64,000 nucleotides of DNA from an uncultured Alphaproteobacteria bacterium (GCA_944391615.1 CALXUE010000002.1:57485-121484); one strand, 5' to 3'. Shown: positions 39,653-50,958, counted from the first letter of the stretch. Notes: generated from the sequence alone by a model not told the origin. Numbers and translations: made by a program.

Positions 39653-40309
39653 ATGACTACTGAAGAAATAATAGACATCTATGATGAGAATATGACACCC
39701 ATAGGCACAGCCCCCAAAGAACAAGCTCATCGTGAAGGTCTGTGGCACAAATCCTTCCGTTGCTGGGTCATAAGAATCACCCCTGAAAAAAAATGTAAAG
39801 TATGGTTGCAATTGCGTAGCAAAAACAAACGCCTATACCCGAGCTTGTTGGCAACATCTGCTGCCGGACATCTAAAACAAGGTGAACAAAACCGCGATGG
39901 CATCCGTGAGTTGGAAGAAGAAATCGGCTTAAAAATTTCCAAAGAAAAATTAGTCAAACTATTTACTTCAAAAAAATCATATCGTGATGAAAATATGATA
40001 GACAACGAGTTCAACCCCACCTATTTATATGAAACCTCTCTTGATTTCAGGGATTTAACCTTATCACCTGATGAGGTTGATGGTATTTTTGAGTTTGATT
40101 TAGAAGACTTGCAAAACTTGTTTAATCATAAAATTGAAAAAATATTTTCATCAGGCTTGGTTCGTAATGAAGATACAGGCAAACAAGAATACAAAACCGG
40201 ATATTTTTGTTATGAAGACTTTGTTCCGCACGATGATAGCTATTACTTAAAAGTTTTTTCAATTATCAAACGTTATTGTGATTCCAAAATTGCCGCTTCG
40301 GCCGCCTAA
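39653..40309 (+). CDS. NUDIX hydrolase (IDI-like)
   Basis: AHREGLWH, AGHLKQGE...RELEEEIG. Confidence 0.85.
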   Translation: MTTEEIIDIYDENMTPIGTAPKEQAHREGLWHKSFRCWVIRITPEKKCKVWLQLRSKNKRLYPSLLATSAAGHLKQGEQNRDGIRELEEEIGLKISKEKLVKLFTSKKSYRDENMIDNEFNPTYLYETSLDFRDLTLSPDEVDGIFEFDLEDLQNLFNHKIEKIFSSGLVRNEDTGKQEYKTGYFCYEDFVPHDDSYYLKVFSIIKRYCDSKIAASAA

Positions 40310-40440
40310 ATTCCAACAATGAATAATAGCTGAAGGTTAATTTGCAAAAAATGTTATTTTTATAAAAAAAGTTCTTGACCTTTGAATCGTTTTTATGTAA
40401 AAAGCTTTCTGTGAGTGTTGCAAAATATTCTCATTCTGCT

Positions 40441-40530
40441 GGAGAGGTGGCAGAGCGGTTTAATGCAGCGGTCTTGAAAACCGTCGAGGGCGCGAGCCCT
40501 CCCAGAGTTCGAATCTCTGCCTCTCCGCCA
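40441..40530 (+). tRNA. tRNA-Ser (TGA)
   Basis: ggagaggtggcagagcgg...gtcTTGAaaac, long variable arm, gttcgaatc, CCA. Confidence 0.95.
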
Positions 40531-40860
40531 ATTAAATAAAACGTTCTTTCAGAAATGAAAGAGCGTTTTTTTTGTGGCGGAGATACGCTTCGAACGGCGT
40601 GGCGAGGCCACTTGTTCTCACCGGGCAGAGCTTTCAATTCATCTATGGCTTATGACAGGCACTATCGTGTCTTTATAAGCCAAGATATCATTGGTTTTAC
40701 AGAAGAAAACGACATTTAAAGTCGTTTTCTCTTAGCAACTCTCTCCGCCAATTAAATAAAACGTTCTTTCAGAAATGGAGGAACGTTTTTTATGGCGAAA
40801 AAAAACATTTCAAACAGAGTGGTTAAAACCGCTTGTTCTCACCGGGCATAGCTTTCAATT
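40521..40860 (+). repeat. Degenerate ~220-bp-period direct repeat starting at the tRNA-Ser 3' end
   Basis: 37 bp identical at 40521 and 40741; cttgttctcaccgggca.agctttcaatt at 40611 and 40832. Confidence 0.8.
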
Positions 40861-40876
40861 TTGAAAGAAAATCGAT

Positions 40877-42742
40877 TTAACGCTCAAAAAGCTTTTCAAT
40901 ATTTTTGATTTTAAGTTCCACATAAGTCGGGCGCCCATGGTTACATTGACCGGAACGTTCGGTATGTTCCATTTCACGCAAAAGATGATTCATCTCATCA
41001 ATGCTTAACTTGCGACCTGCGCGAACAGAGCCATGACAAGCAATTGTAGCACAAGCCAAGTGCATTTTATGCGTAAGTGTAAATTCTTTGCCCCATTCAG
41101 CCATTTCCTCAACCAAATCGACAATCAATTTTTTAACATCACAATCTTTAAGCAAAGCCGGTACTTCACGAACAATAACCGCCGTAGAACCAAATTCTTC
41201 CACCACCAAACCAAGTTGCTTCAATCCTTCGGCATTTTCCAAAATTCGTGTTTTATCAGAAAGGCTTAAGTCAACAATTTCCGGAATAAGCAAAATTTGC
41301 GTTGCAACTTGTTGATTACTCATCAAACTTTGCTTAAGTTTTTCCATCACAATACGTTCATGCGCCGCGTGTTGATCAACAATAATAATACTATCTTCCG
41401 ATTGAGCAATAATATAAGTATCATGGAATTGAGCCTTAGCCAAGCCCAAATGTCCAATATTTTCAGATTCGAAATGAGATGTAGCCAAAGAGGACACATC
41501 ATCAATTTTCACGGAATAAGCCCGTTCCAAAGCGGGCAACTCAGCTTGACGCCTACCCCCGCCATTACCATGCGGCATCAAGCTTTGATAAAATCCTTTG
41601 GGCGCTGCCATCACATGCTCTTGCAAAATTCCTGAACGTCTATAATCAGCCTCAAAATCAGGATTAGCAGCTTGAGCCACATCACCGATAGGTTCACTTA
41701 TCTCTACCAGATGAGAAACATCCAAAGTATCCGCAGCTCTTTCTGCTCCTTGAGCCAGAGCCTGCCGCACAGCACTCACCAACAAGCCGCGCACTAAAGC
41801 ATTATCAAAAAACCTAACTTCTGCCTTAGTCGGATGCACATTAACATCAACATACGCCGGATTAACATCAAAAAACAATGCACACATCGGATACCGATTA
41901 GATGCAAGCACATCTTGATAAGCACCTTTAAGCGCGCCAAGCAAAAGTTTGTCACGTACGGGACGATTATTCACAAACAAATATTGCGACAGAGAATTAG
42001 CACGGTTAAGTGTCGGCAAAGAAACATAACCACTGATTTTAACACTTTCTCGCTCAGCATCAATCAACACGGAGTTTTGAGCAAATTCTTTTCCCATAAC
42101 TTCAGATAAGCGCTTCAAACGTGCATCAAAGAGTTCTCCCTGACAAGCGTTAAGATTAATTTTCTTTTTATCATCTGAAATAAGAGAAAAAGAAATATGC
42201 GGATTAGCCATGGCAATCCGATTGAGCATATCAACACATTGTCCGGCCTCAGCAGCCGCAGACTTCAAAAACTTCAAACGTGCCGGTGTTGCAAAAAACA
42301 AATCACGTACCTCAATTCGCGTTCCTTTCGGATAAGCCGCTGGAGCAATTTCTTGCTTTTGTCCACCGTTTATCTCGAGTTTCCAAGCATTTTCAGCTCC
42401 CTGTTGACGTGATGTTATGCTCATTCTGGCAACAGACGCAATGGAAGGCAAAGCTTCACCCCGAAAACCTAAAAAGTTGATATTAAACAAATTATCATCG
42501 GGGAGTTTGGAAGTTGCATGCCGCTCAACCGCCAAAGACAAATCTTCTTGAGACATACCCTTTCCGTCATCAGCCACAGCAATAAGACTTTTACCTCCGT
42601 CAACTAATGTAACGGTGATTGACTTTGCTCCGGCATCAATCGCATTTTCTACCAACTCCTTAACCACCGACGCCGGCCGCTCGATAACCTCACCGGCGGC
42701 AATCTGATTAACAAGGTTGGATGGAAGAATGCGAATAGGCAT
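40877..42742 (-). CDS. mutL: DNA mismatch repair protein MutL
   Basis: NQIAAGEVIERP, GFRGEAL, DQHAAHER, CNHGRP. Confidence 0.97.
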   Translation of the reverse strand: MPIRILPSNLVNQIAAGEVIERPASVVKELVENAIDAGAKSITVTLVDGGKSLIAVADDGKGMSQEDLSLAVERHATSKLPDDNLFNINFLGFRGEALPSIASVARMSITSRQQGAENAWKLEINGGQKQEIAPAAYPKGTRIEVRDLFFATPARLKFLKSAAAEAGQCVDMLNRIAMANPHISFSLISDDKKKINLNACQGELFDARLKRLSEVMGKEFAQNSVLIDAERESVKISGYVSLPTLNRANSLSQYLFVNNRPVRDKLLLGALKGAYQDVLASNRYPMCALFFDVNPAYVDVNVHPTKAEVRFFDNALVRGLLVSAVRQALAQGAERAADTLDVSHLVEISEPIGDVAQAANPDFEADYRRSGILQEHVMAAPKGFYQSLMPHGNGGGRRQAELPALERAYSVKIDDVSSLATSHFESENIGHLGLAKAQFHDTYIIAQSEDSIIIVDQHAAHERIVMEKLKQSLMSNQQVATQILLIPEIVDLSLSDKTRILENAEGLKQLGLVVEEFGSTAVIVREVPALLKDCDVKKLIVDLVEEMAEWGKEFTLTHKMHLACATIACHGSVRAGRKLSIDEMNHLLREMEHTERSGQCNHGRPTYVELKIKNIEKLFER

Positions 42743-42752
42743 ATATTTTCTC

Positions 42753-44402
42753 TTATTTTCTCAAATACTTAACAAGTTTAATTAAAGCATTTGTTGAACA
42801 ATCGTGGTTAAGCTCAATATTTTCATTCTGCAACTGCGGCAAAATTCCCAAAGTCAACTTTTTACCAAGTTCAACACCCATCTGGTCAAAAGAATCAATA
42901 TTCCAAATAATCCCTTGCACAAAAACCTTATGCTCATAAGCTGCAACCAAAGCCCCCAAAGTATAAGGATCAACCTTTTTCAAAATAAACGTGTTAGAAG
43001 GACGATTTCCGCTAAAGCTTTTGAACTTTTTCAAAAATTCAACTTCTTCAGGATTTTTACCGGCAGCTTTAAGCTCCTCAGCAGCTTCTTTAACCGTTTT
43101 GCCTTTCATCAAGGCCTCACCTTGAGCCAAAACATTTGCCAATAAAATTTCGTGATGATTGCCCATTTCGTTATGAGAAATTGCCGGAACAATAAAGTCG
43201 CAAGGCACAATTTCCGTTCCTTGATGAATAAGTTGGAAGAATGAGTGCTGAACATCTGTTCCTGCCCCGCCAAACAAAGCCGGACCTGTTGCATATTTGA
43301 TAAAATCACCACTCAAATCCACAGATTTTCCGTTTGATTCCATATCAAGCTGTTGCAAATAAGCCGGTAGAAACTTCAAATATTGATCATAAGGAATAAC
43401 ACAATAACGATGTATTCCCATAAAATTATTATACCAAATACCGATTAAAGCCATTATAACCGGAATATTATGCTCAAAATCCGTTTCAGCAAAATGCTTA
43501 TCCATGGCATAAGCCCCTTCAAGCATTTTTTCAAAGTTATCCATTCCGATAGCAATGGCAAGAGACAATCCGATAGCCGACCACATAGAATAACGACCGC
43601 CGACAAAATCCCAAAATTCAAACATATTCTTTGTATCAATACCAAATTTTGCAACTTCTTCCGCATTGGTTGAAAGAGCCACAAAATGCTTAGAAACAGC
43701 AGGCTCGCCCAAAGCATCAACCAACCACTTGCGGCAAGTCTTGGCATTGGTAATGGTTTCAATTGTCGTAAAAGTTTTTGAGGCCACAATAAACAGCGTC
43801 GTTTCAGGATCAACTTTATTTAACACTTCGGCACAAGCTGTTCCATCAATATTTGAAATAAAATAGCACTGAATTCCTTTCATCCAATATTTACGCAAAG
43901 CCTCAGTAGCCATAAAAGGCCCCAAATCAGATCCACCAATACCGATATTAACAATATTTGTCAGTTTTTTGCCGGTATATCCCGTAAAACGTCCAAAGCG
44001 TACATCCTCGCTAAACTGGCGCATTTTTTTCAAAACAGCATTTATTTCGGGCATAACATCTTTACCGTTAACCATAATCGGATGATTGTCACGGTTACGC
44101 AATGCAATATGCAAAACAGCTCTTTTTTCGGTCACATTGATTTTATCACCTCTAAACATAGCCTTTATCTTTTCATCCAAATGGCGAGAACGAGCCAACT
44201 CCAAAAGATAAGACATTGTTTTATCCGTAATTCTGTTTTTAGAATAATCCAAAAACAACGTATCATTGAGGGACAAAGAAAACTTTTCAGCTCTTTTATC
44301 ATCTTTTGCAAATAAATCCTTCATCAACACATTGCGCATAGACTTTGCATGACTTTCCAACTTTTTCCAAGCCTTAGATTTATTAATTGCACTGCTAAAC
44401 AT
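42753..44402 (-). CDS. pgi: Glucose-6-phosphate isomerase
   Basis: IGIGGSDLGP, VGGRYS, QQLDMESNGK, DQMGVELGK. Confidence 0.97.
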   Translation of the reverse strand: MFSSAINKSKAWKKLESHAKSMRNVLMKDLFAKDDKRAEKFSLSLNDTLFLDYSKNRITDKTMSYLLELARSRHLDEKIKAMFRGDKINVTEKRAVLHIALRNRDNHPIMVNGKDVMPEINAVLKKMRQFSEDVRFGRFTGYTGKKLTNIVNIGIGGSDLGPFMATEALRKYWMKGIQCYFISNIDGTACAEVLNKVDPETTLFIVASKTFTTIETITNAKTCRKWLVDALGEPAVSKHFVALSTNAEEVAKFGIDTKNMFEFWDFVGGRYSMWSAIGLSLAIAIGMDNFEKMLEGAYAMDKHFAETDFEHNIPVIMALIGIWYNNFMGIHRYCVIPYDQYLKFLPAYLQQLDMESNGKSVDLSGDFIKYATGPALFGGAGTDVQHSFFQLIHQGTEIVPCDFIVPAISHNEMGNHHEILLANVLAQGEALMKGKTVKEAAEELKAAGKNPEEVEFLKKFKSFSGNRPSNTFILKKVDPYTLGALVAAYEHKVFVQGIIWNIDSFDQMGVELGKKLTLGILPQLQNENIELNHDCSTNALIKLVKYLRK

Positions 44403-44416
44403 AATATAAGATTCTC

Positions 44417-45838
44417 CTATTTAGACTGAACACTAATCAAATTAAACCAAACCAAATTTTGCGGGTCGAAATACTTTTTCGCGGCATTATTAACCTCCTC
44501 CAAAGTAACAGCCTGCACATAAGCATTACGCTTAAGCAAAAAGTCCTTACCCAAATTTTCTTTTTGCATAGCTACCAAAGTAGCAGAAATATTATCAATA
44601 TCGGCAAACCTTAAATTAAAAGACGAGAGCAAATATCCTTTAGCCGCATCAAGTTCGTCTTCTGAAACGCCCTCAGCACCCATTTTTGCCCATTCCTGCG
44701 TAACAATTTTTTTTGCCTCATCAAAATTTTCAGGAGTTGAAGAAAAACCGCCTCTCATCATCACCGCTTTATCTGCCAAAGACAAATAGTTATATACCCC
44801 ATAAGTCAAAGCCTTATCCTCACGAACAGCCTTAGACAAACGGGAGTTTAACCCCTGCCCGGCAAAAACTTCATTTGCAATATAAAGCGGATAAAATTCA
44901 GGGTTATCACGTTTAACGCTGGGCGCCACGAATGCGGCCATATTTTGCGCTGCCTTAAAATTCATAGCTTCTTGCCTTGTGGCAAAATCAATCCTTGCCT
45001 CAGGAACAAAAACCTGCATACCGGTTTCGGGCAAATCCGCAAAAATATCATCAATCAAACGCTTTGCATCATCTTCGGAAATATCACCGACAATCCCCAC
45101 AATCAACTTATTGCGCGTAAAATGATGTTTAACAAAATCATTCAGCTTTTGTGCATTAATATGTCTAATGTCAGAAGCCTCACCGATGGGATTATGACCA
45201 TAAGCATGATTTCCAAACAAAGATTTATTAACAAACAGCCCGAACTGGCTTTGCGGATATTCTTTTTGTTGCTGCAAAGCAGTCAAAAATTGGGATTTAA
45301 CACGTTCAATATCTTCACTATCAAATCTTGGTTCACTTAGAACAAGCTTCAACATTTTCGCAGCCAACTTTTGATTTTTTGTCAGCGTTTTTAATAATCC
45401 TGAAAAATCATCTTTATCCGTATCAAAAGAAATAACAATACCATTTTGCTCTAAAATTGTCTTAAAAGCATCACTGTCATATTTTCCTGCGCCATCCGTC
45501 AATAAAGCTGCAACCATATTAGCCATTCCAAGCTCGCCTTTGTCATCATAAGCCGTACCCGCATTTTCAAAAGCAAAACTTATAGAAATAATCGGATTAT
45601 TCGTATCTCGCAAATAATAAGCTTTTATACCGTCTCGCGTAATAATTTCTTTAACATCGGCATGGAAAGTCGTATTTTTAAACATAGAGTTCTCATTGAT
45701 TTTTTGAGGATTAAATCCAAAATACGAAACAACTTTTTCACCCACCAGCCACAACAAAGCGCAAACGGCAACAAAGGCAATCAATTTCAAAACTGCCGGA
45801 ACCTTTGATGACTTTTTATGATAAATTCTTCGAACCAT
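44417..45838 (-). CDS. M16 family peptidase, non-catalytic subunit
   Basis: M16 fold motifs (SRLSKAVRED..LTYG); no HxxEH. Confidence 0.85.
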   Translation of the reverse strand: MVRRIYHKKSSKVPAVLKLIAFVAVCALLWLVGEKVVSYFGFNPQKINENSMFKNTTFHADVKEIITRDGIKAYYLRDTNNPIISISFAFENAGTAYDDKGELGMANMVAALLTDGAGKYDSDAFKTILEQNGIVISFDTDKDDFSGLLKTLTKNQKLAAKMLKLVLSEPRFDSEDIERVKSQFLTALQQQKEYPQSQFGLFVNKSLFGNHAYGHNPIGEASDIRHINAQKLNDFVKHHFTRNKLIVGIVGDISEDDAKRLIDDIFADLPETGMQVFVPEARIDFATRQEAMNFKAAQNMAAFVAPSVKRDNPEFYPLYIANEVFAGQGLNSRLSKAVREDKALTYGVYNYLSLADKAVMMRGGFSSTPENFDEAKKIVTQEWAKMGAEGVSEDELDAAKGYLLSSFNLRFADIDNISATLVAMQKENLGKDFLLKRNAYVQAVTLEEVNNAAKKYFDPQNLVWFNLISVQSK

Positions 45839-45839
45839 A

Positions 45840-47177
45840 TCAATCTCCCTTAGCAGGCATCAAGACGCCCTGTGCCGAAATAGAATTTTCCAACAATTTT
45901 GCGGCCTGTTGAACATCTCCAAACTTAACAGCCTGAATATTAGCATCATAATTTTGTATTTCATCAACATTCATCCCCGCCAAAGCAAACCCACCGGCAA
46001 TATAAGCAGCATCGTTAGGATTATCTTTCAGATAAACAATACCGGATAACATTTTGTTTTTCACGATATTAAGTTCATCCCAAGTCAACATTTTCATTGC
46101 ATCTTTGATAGCATCATTCAGCTTATCTTCAAAAAGCTGCGAAGACACGTTAGGCGACAACACGGCCGAAATCGAAAAACGCCCATAACTTTGAGCCGCA
46201 AAATCATAAGAGGTAGAAATTCCGACAGCCACTTGTTCTTCTTTAACCAAACGTTTATACAAATATGAAGTCTCACCTTCGCCCAAATAAGCGGACAAGA
46301 CCGACAAAGCATAACTCATCTTTTTATCTTGAGAAAAAGAGGGTACAACAAAACTTCTGACAAATCTTGAAGTATTAATATCTTTGCTTTTCATTAAAGT
46401 TTTTGTTGAACTAATATTTTCAAGCTTCGGAAAATCAATATTTTTTAAAGTTTCGCGAGGAGCAATATTGCCATAATATTTTTCGGCCAAAGTCCGTGCG
46501 GCAACGGAATCAACATCACCGGCAATAACTAAAACAGCATTATTGGGTGCATAATATGTATCATAAAACGCCTGCACATCATCCAAAGTTAATGACAAAA
46601 TTTCATCTGGTGTTCCGGTAACAGGCCGACCATAAGGATGCTCTTGCCACAAATTGCGCTGCATCATCTCCCCAAAATAAGCTGTTGGATTATTTTCAAT
46701 AACTTGTTTGCGTTCTTGATAAACAATTTTTTGCTCTTTATCAAAGGCTTCTTGTGTTATATTCAAGTTTTGCATACGGTCAGATTCCAACGCCATCATC
46801 AATTCCAAACGGCTCAAATCAGCAAACTCGTGATAAGCTGTTTCATCAAGAGATGTAAAAGCATTGGCATCGGCACCGTTTTCAGTCACAATTTTATTAA
46901 ATTCACCATCTTTAACTTTTTTTGTGCCCCGAAACATCAAATGTTCCAACAAATGTGCCATTCCGCCTTTGCCAACCGGCTCATTCACCGCGCCAACCTT
47001 ATACCACACCATATGTTTAACAATCGGTGCTTTATGATTGGGAATAACCAACACTTGCAATCCGTTATCCAAATAAAATTCTTCAACATCAAAGAGCTTT
47101 GCCTGAGAAGAATCAATCCTTAAAAAGCTACCAAAGGCAACACTTAAAAATAAATATTTAAGCCATTTTTTATTCAT
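45840..47177 (-). CDS. M16 family zinc peptidase
   Basis: GMAHLLEHLMFRGT, NAFTS, YYAPNNA. Confidence 0.92.
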   Translation of the reverse strand: MNKKWLKYLFLSVAFGSFLRIDSSQAKLFDVEEFYLDNGLQVLVIPNHKAPIVKHMVWYKVGAVNEPVGKGGMAHLLEHLMFRGTKKVKDGEFNKIVTENGADANAFTSLDETAYHEFADLSRLELMMALESDRMQNLNITQEAFDKEQKIVYQERKQVIENNPTAYFGEMMQRNLWQEHPYGRPVTGTPDEILSLTLDDVQAFYDTYYAPNNAVLVIAGDVDSVAARTLAEKYYGNIAPRETLKNIDFPKLENISSTKTLMKSKDINTSRFVRSFVVPSFSQDKKMSYALSVLSAYLGEGETSYLYKRLVKEEQVAVGISTSYDFAAQSYGRFSISAVLSPNVSSQLFEDKLNDAIKDAMKMLTWDELNIVKNKMLSGIVYLKDNPNDAAYIAGGFALAGMNVDEIQNYDANIQAVKFGDVQQAAKLLENSISAQGVLMPAKGD

Positions 47178-47475
47178 GCTTTGCACTCATTTCTTGATTA
47201 AGTTCAGTGCGAATATTGTCATTAGTCTTCTGTGCGTTTAATTGTTTCAAAAAAGCTTGTTCTCCTTTCGAAAGACCAGAGAGCTTGCTTTGAAAAGTTT
47301 TTTGCTTAGCCATCGGCGCCAACGGACGATTATCATACTCCGGCGGCAAGTATAAAGGAGCCCGTGACATCACCATAAATTCATCCGGAGATTGTTTAGC
47401 CAAAGACATTTTATCGCTTGTTCCACAAGCACCCAACAAGCACACAAGTCCCAACAACACCAAAACTTTTTTCAT
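47170..47475 (-). CDS. DUF3035 lipoprotein
   Basis: Lipobox LGAC, PDEF.V..RAPL..PP.Y. Confidence 0.75.
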   Translation of the reverse strand: MKKVLVLLGLVCLLGACGTSDKMSLAKQSPDEFMVMSRAPLYLPPEYDNRPLAPMAKQKTFQSKLSGLSKGEQAFLKQLNAQKTNDNIRTELNQEMSAKHE

Positions 47476-47982
47476 TTAATTTTCCTCCTTTGCCTTAAAT
47501 TTATGAAATAAAGCATCAATAATAATAAGCGCAGCCCCGATACAAATAAAAGAATCCGCAGCATTAAACGCCGGCCAATGATGCCCGCCGATATGAAAAT
47601 CCAAAAAGTCGAACACGGCACCAATACACACACGGTCAATAACATTGCCGATAGCGCCACCGACAATCATCCCTAACGCAACTTGTAAAAGCTTGGAATT
47701 TTCGTGTTTCATCCACCAAAGCAAATACCCAACAATAATCAATGCTAAGAGAGATAATGCAATCATTCCCCACAATCCATGATTATTAAACATCGAAAAG
47801 CTCACACCGGTATTCCACGCCGTAACAATATTAAAATAGTCATTAACCATAATGATACCACGTCCGGAAAGCAAATTCTCCCGCACAAAATACTTGCTAA
47901 TCTGGTCCACCACAAAAGCTAACAAAGCTACACAAAGCCCTAAGCGCAAAACATATCTCCTAAAAAAAATAACCACAGGCAA
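47476..47982 (-). CDS. lspA: Lipoprotein signal peptidase
   Basis: DQISK, NTGVSF, GNVIDR, FNAAD; start uncertain. Confidence 0.92.
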   Translation of the reverse strand: MPVVIFFRRYVLRLGLCVALLAFVVDQISKYFVRENLLSGRGIIMVNDYFNIVTAWNTGVSFSMFNNHGLWGMIALSLLALIIVGYLLWWMKHENSKLLQVALGMIVGGAIGNVIDRVCIGAVFDFLDFHIGGHHWPAFNAADSFICIGAALIIIDALFHKFKAKEEN

Positions 47983-48044
47983 TTATACGCATAGATTTAC
48001 AAATGATAAAGCCTTAAAAAATATATGTGAACAAAAAAACAACC

Positions 48045-49475
48045 TTAAAACAGCAAAAGCTTAGCCAGCCCAAGAAAAATAAAATATCCGCCAGAATCAG
48101 TCAACGCAATCAAAAACACACCGGAAGAAACGGCCGGATCAACTTTAAGTTTGTTCAAAATAAGCGGAATAAGGATACCTGCCAAACTTGCAATACACAA
48201 ATTACAAACCATGGCAATAGCAATAACCAAGCTCAAATCTTTATATTGAGGAAACACAAACCAAGAAATTGCGGCAATAAGAGAAGCAAACAACAAGCCA
48301 TTCATTAAGCCCACCATAAATTCTTTGCCAATCATACGCAAAGTATTTCTGGAAGTAAGCTCTTTTGTTGCCAAGGCGCGCACCACAACCGCCAAGGTTT
48401 GATTACCTGTTGTTCCGCCCATAGAAGCCACTATCGGCATCAAAACCGCCAAAAGAGAAAGCTGAGCAATCAAACTTTCAAATCCCTTAACCACAGAAGA
48501 GGCCAAAAGCGTTGCAAACAAGTTTGTAATCAACCAAGGAATTCTTGATTTCCAAATACTATTAACGGATTTATAAACATCACCCTCTTCAGCACCTGAC
48601 AAATGCATAATATCTTCAGAAACTTCTTCATGCACAATATCAACCACATCGTCAATATTAATCACGCCCACCAAATGTCCTTTGTTGTCAACAACAACGG
48701 CCGAACGCCACCCATATTCACGGAACATATGCGCCACTTCTTCTTGGTCGGTATAAACATCAACCGGCACGATTTCCCCGTTCATAATATTGCTGAGTTT
48801 TTCATTTGCTTTGGCACGCAAAAGTTTATCCAAAGCAAGCTCGCCTGTTGGATGCATTTTGTCATCGACCATAAAAAGAGTATAAAATTCATCAGGCAAA
48901 TTTTCCTCGGTCAACAAAAAGTTTTTGGCTTCTTTAACCGTCCAATCATCCGGTACGGACACAAAATCACGAGACATAATACGTCCGGCAGAGTCTTCCG
49001 GATAATGAAGGGATGATTTGACTTGAAATTTCAGTTCGGGAGAAAGTTTATTGATGATTTGCGTTTGTTCGTCATCATCCATATGTTCCAAAATTTCAAC
49101 CGCATCATCAGAATCCAATTCATTAACGATGTTAACAATTTGCTTTTCATCCAAGGATTCAATAACTTGCTCTTGAACAACTTCATTCAGTTCCGGAAAC
49201 ACACTAGGATCAAGATGTCCGCCAATAATTTCAATTAACTTTTTACGGTCATCAACATCCAATGCCTCAATAAGTTTGGCCAAATCATATTCATCAAGGC
49301 CTTCAACAATTTTTCGAATATGAGAAGTATCGTTTTCTTCCAAACCAATCATAATGGAATTAACAATTTTGGGCCCCAGCCCCAAAACCTGTTTTTCAGG
49401 AGTCAAAGATTCTTTAACACGTTTTTTGCGCTGAGATTTCAGAACGAGCTTACGCGATTTGACGTTTTTTTTCAT
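48045..49475 (-). CDS. mgtE: Magnesium transporter MgtE
   Basis: YPEDSAGRIM, CBS pair, GGTTGNQ, DPAVSSG. Confidence 0.93.
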   Translation of the reverse strand: MKKNVKSRKLVLKSQRKKRVKESLTPEKQVLGLGPKIVNSIMIGLEENDTSHIRKIVEGLDEYDLAKLIEALDVDDRKKLIEIIGGHLDPSVFPELNEVVQEQVIESLDEKQIVNIVNELDSDDAVEILEHMDDDEQTQIINKLSPELKFQVKSSLHYPEDSAGRIMSRDFVSVPDDWTVKEAKNFLLTEENLPDEFYTLFMVDDKMHPTGELALDKLLRAKANEKLSNIMNGEIVPVDVYTDQEEVAHMFREYGWRSAVVVDNKGHLVGVINIDDVVDIVHEEVSEDIMHLSGAEEGDVYKSVNSIWKSRIPWLITNLFATLLASSVVKGFESLIAQLSLLAVLMPIVASMGGTTGNQTLAVVVRALATKELTSRNTLRMIGKEFMVGLMNGLLFASLIAAISWFVFPQYKDLSLVIAIAMVCNLCIASLAGILIPLILNKLKVDPAVSSGVFLIALTDSGGYFIFLGLAKLLLF

Positions 49476-49893
49476 AATCCCTCCTCCTTCTACAAAACCA
49501 AATAAGATTCCATAACTTGATTAACCTTTTACCCGTTTTAAATAACAAGCAAAAGCCCAAAATAAACATATACACAAAAAGAAAACGGCAGGATATTGCC
49601 ATCCAACCGCCTTCAAAACAGATTTCACGCAAAAGCACTAATCACGAAGCACAAAACCACCAACACAACAAATTCAATAAAAGCGGCAGTAAAGAACAAA
49701 CGTTGATCAGAAACATCAACCACACGGTGAGCACACTTTTGCGAAGCGAAACATTTTCGCATAAAATACCAAAAATTACCCATAATAAAAATAATAATAT
49801 TAAAAACACTCCGTGTTTTGCCACCAAAAACAACAATTGTCAAGCAAGATAGAACAGATACAAAAAAAATCCCTCAAAGGGATTTCAAAAAAA

Positions 49894-49979
49894 TGGTGCG
49901 GTCAAGAAGACTTGAACTTCCACGGGCTTAGCCCATAACGACCTCAACGTTACGCGTCTACCAGTTCCGCCATGACCGC
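49894..49979 (-). tRNA. tRNA-Leu (GAG)
   Basis: Reverse complement gcggtcatggcggaactggtagacgcg..ttGAGgt..gttcaagtc..cca. Confidence 0.93.
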
Positions 49980-50198
49980 AAATCATCATCAAACACAACA
50001 TTTAATAATCTAGTTCGAAAAATAAATCAAGTATTTTTTTATAAAATTTTGCAAAAAAAACAAAATAACCTAATAATTAAAACTCAGATTTTGTGAAAAA
50101 TAATAAGATTTAAGAAAAAAAATGCCGCAGCATACAAAGTAGTATGTGAGGACATTTTTTGTTCGCAAAATCTGTATTAGTTTTCCAAAAGATGAGTT

Positions 50199-50525
50199 TT
50201 AAATAGTCATTTGCATAATTTCTTTATAAGCCTTTACCGCTGAGTCACGTAGAGCAACGACCGTATCCAAGGTCTGCTCGGCATTGGCAATAGCTAAAAC
50301 AACATCCTGCACATCGGCTTTGCCGGCGATTCCTTGCATAGATATTTTTTCAGCATGATTAGCCACGTCAACAGCTTCATTCATCACAGAAGAAAGAACA
50401 TCACTAAAACCGGAAGATTTAGAAGGTTCTTCAACCGGTTTTTGAGGTTGAACCGGCCCCATACCACTGATACGTCCCAAAGCTTGCTGATAAGCATTCA
50501 TTGCACTGGCCACATCACTAATCAT
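50199..50525 (-). CDS. fliE: Flagellar hook-basal body protein FliE
   Basis: VVALRD.AV.AYKEIMQM. Confidence 0.9.
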   Translation of the reverse strand: MISDVASAMNAYQQALGRISGMGPVQPQKPVEEPSKSSGFSDVLSSVMNEAVDVANHAEKISMQGIAGKADVQDVVLAIANAEQTLDTVVALRDSAVKAYKEIMQMTI

Positions 50526-50544
50526 CGAACTTTCCCCCTAATCT

Positions 50545-50958
50545 TTATTTTAACACATCCAAAATTTTAGAATTCAAATCACGCGACGTCTGCATAACCG
50601 AAAGATTAGCTTCATAAGAACGTTGCGCTTCTTTCATATCCATCATTTCGATAAGCGGATTAACATTTGGCATAGACACATAACCTTGCGCATCCGCAAC
50701 CGGACTATTGGGATCATATTTTTTAATAAACTCAGACTGGTCTTTTATAACCTTGTCGACTTTAACCATATCGGCACCGGTTTCTTTATCAACATATTGC
50801 TTGAAGGTAACAACCTGACGACGATAAGGCTCTCCGCCTTTTGTTGTTACCACAGATTCGGCATTAGCCATATTTTCAGAAATAATGCGCAAGCGCTGAG
50901 CCTGAGCTTTCATCCCTGAAACAGCAATATCTGCACTGACAGACAAATCACCTCTCAT
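50545..50958 (-). CDS. flgC: Flagellar rod protein FlgC
   Basis: SENMANA, PYRRQ, PNVN..EM, RSYEAN. Confidence 0.95.
   Translation of the reverse strand: MRGDLSVSADIAVSGMKAQAQRLRIISENMANAESVVTTKGGEPYRRQVVTFKQYVDKETGADMVKVDKVIKDQSEFIKKYDPNSPVADAQGYVSMPNVNPLIEMMDMKEAQRSYEANLSVMQTSRDLNSKILDVLK

Noticed and set aside
49450-49850. Possible M-box riboswitch or TGA-interrupted membrane ORF upstream of mgtE
   Set aside because: No recognisable M-box consensus; ORFs in several frames look composition-driven
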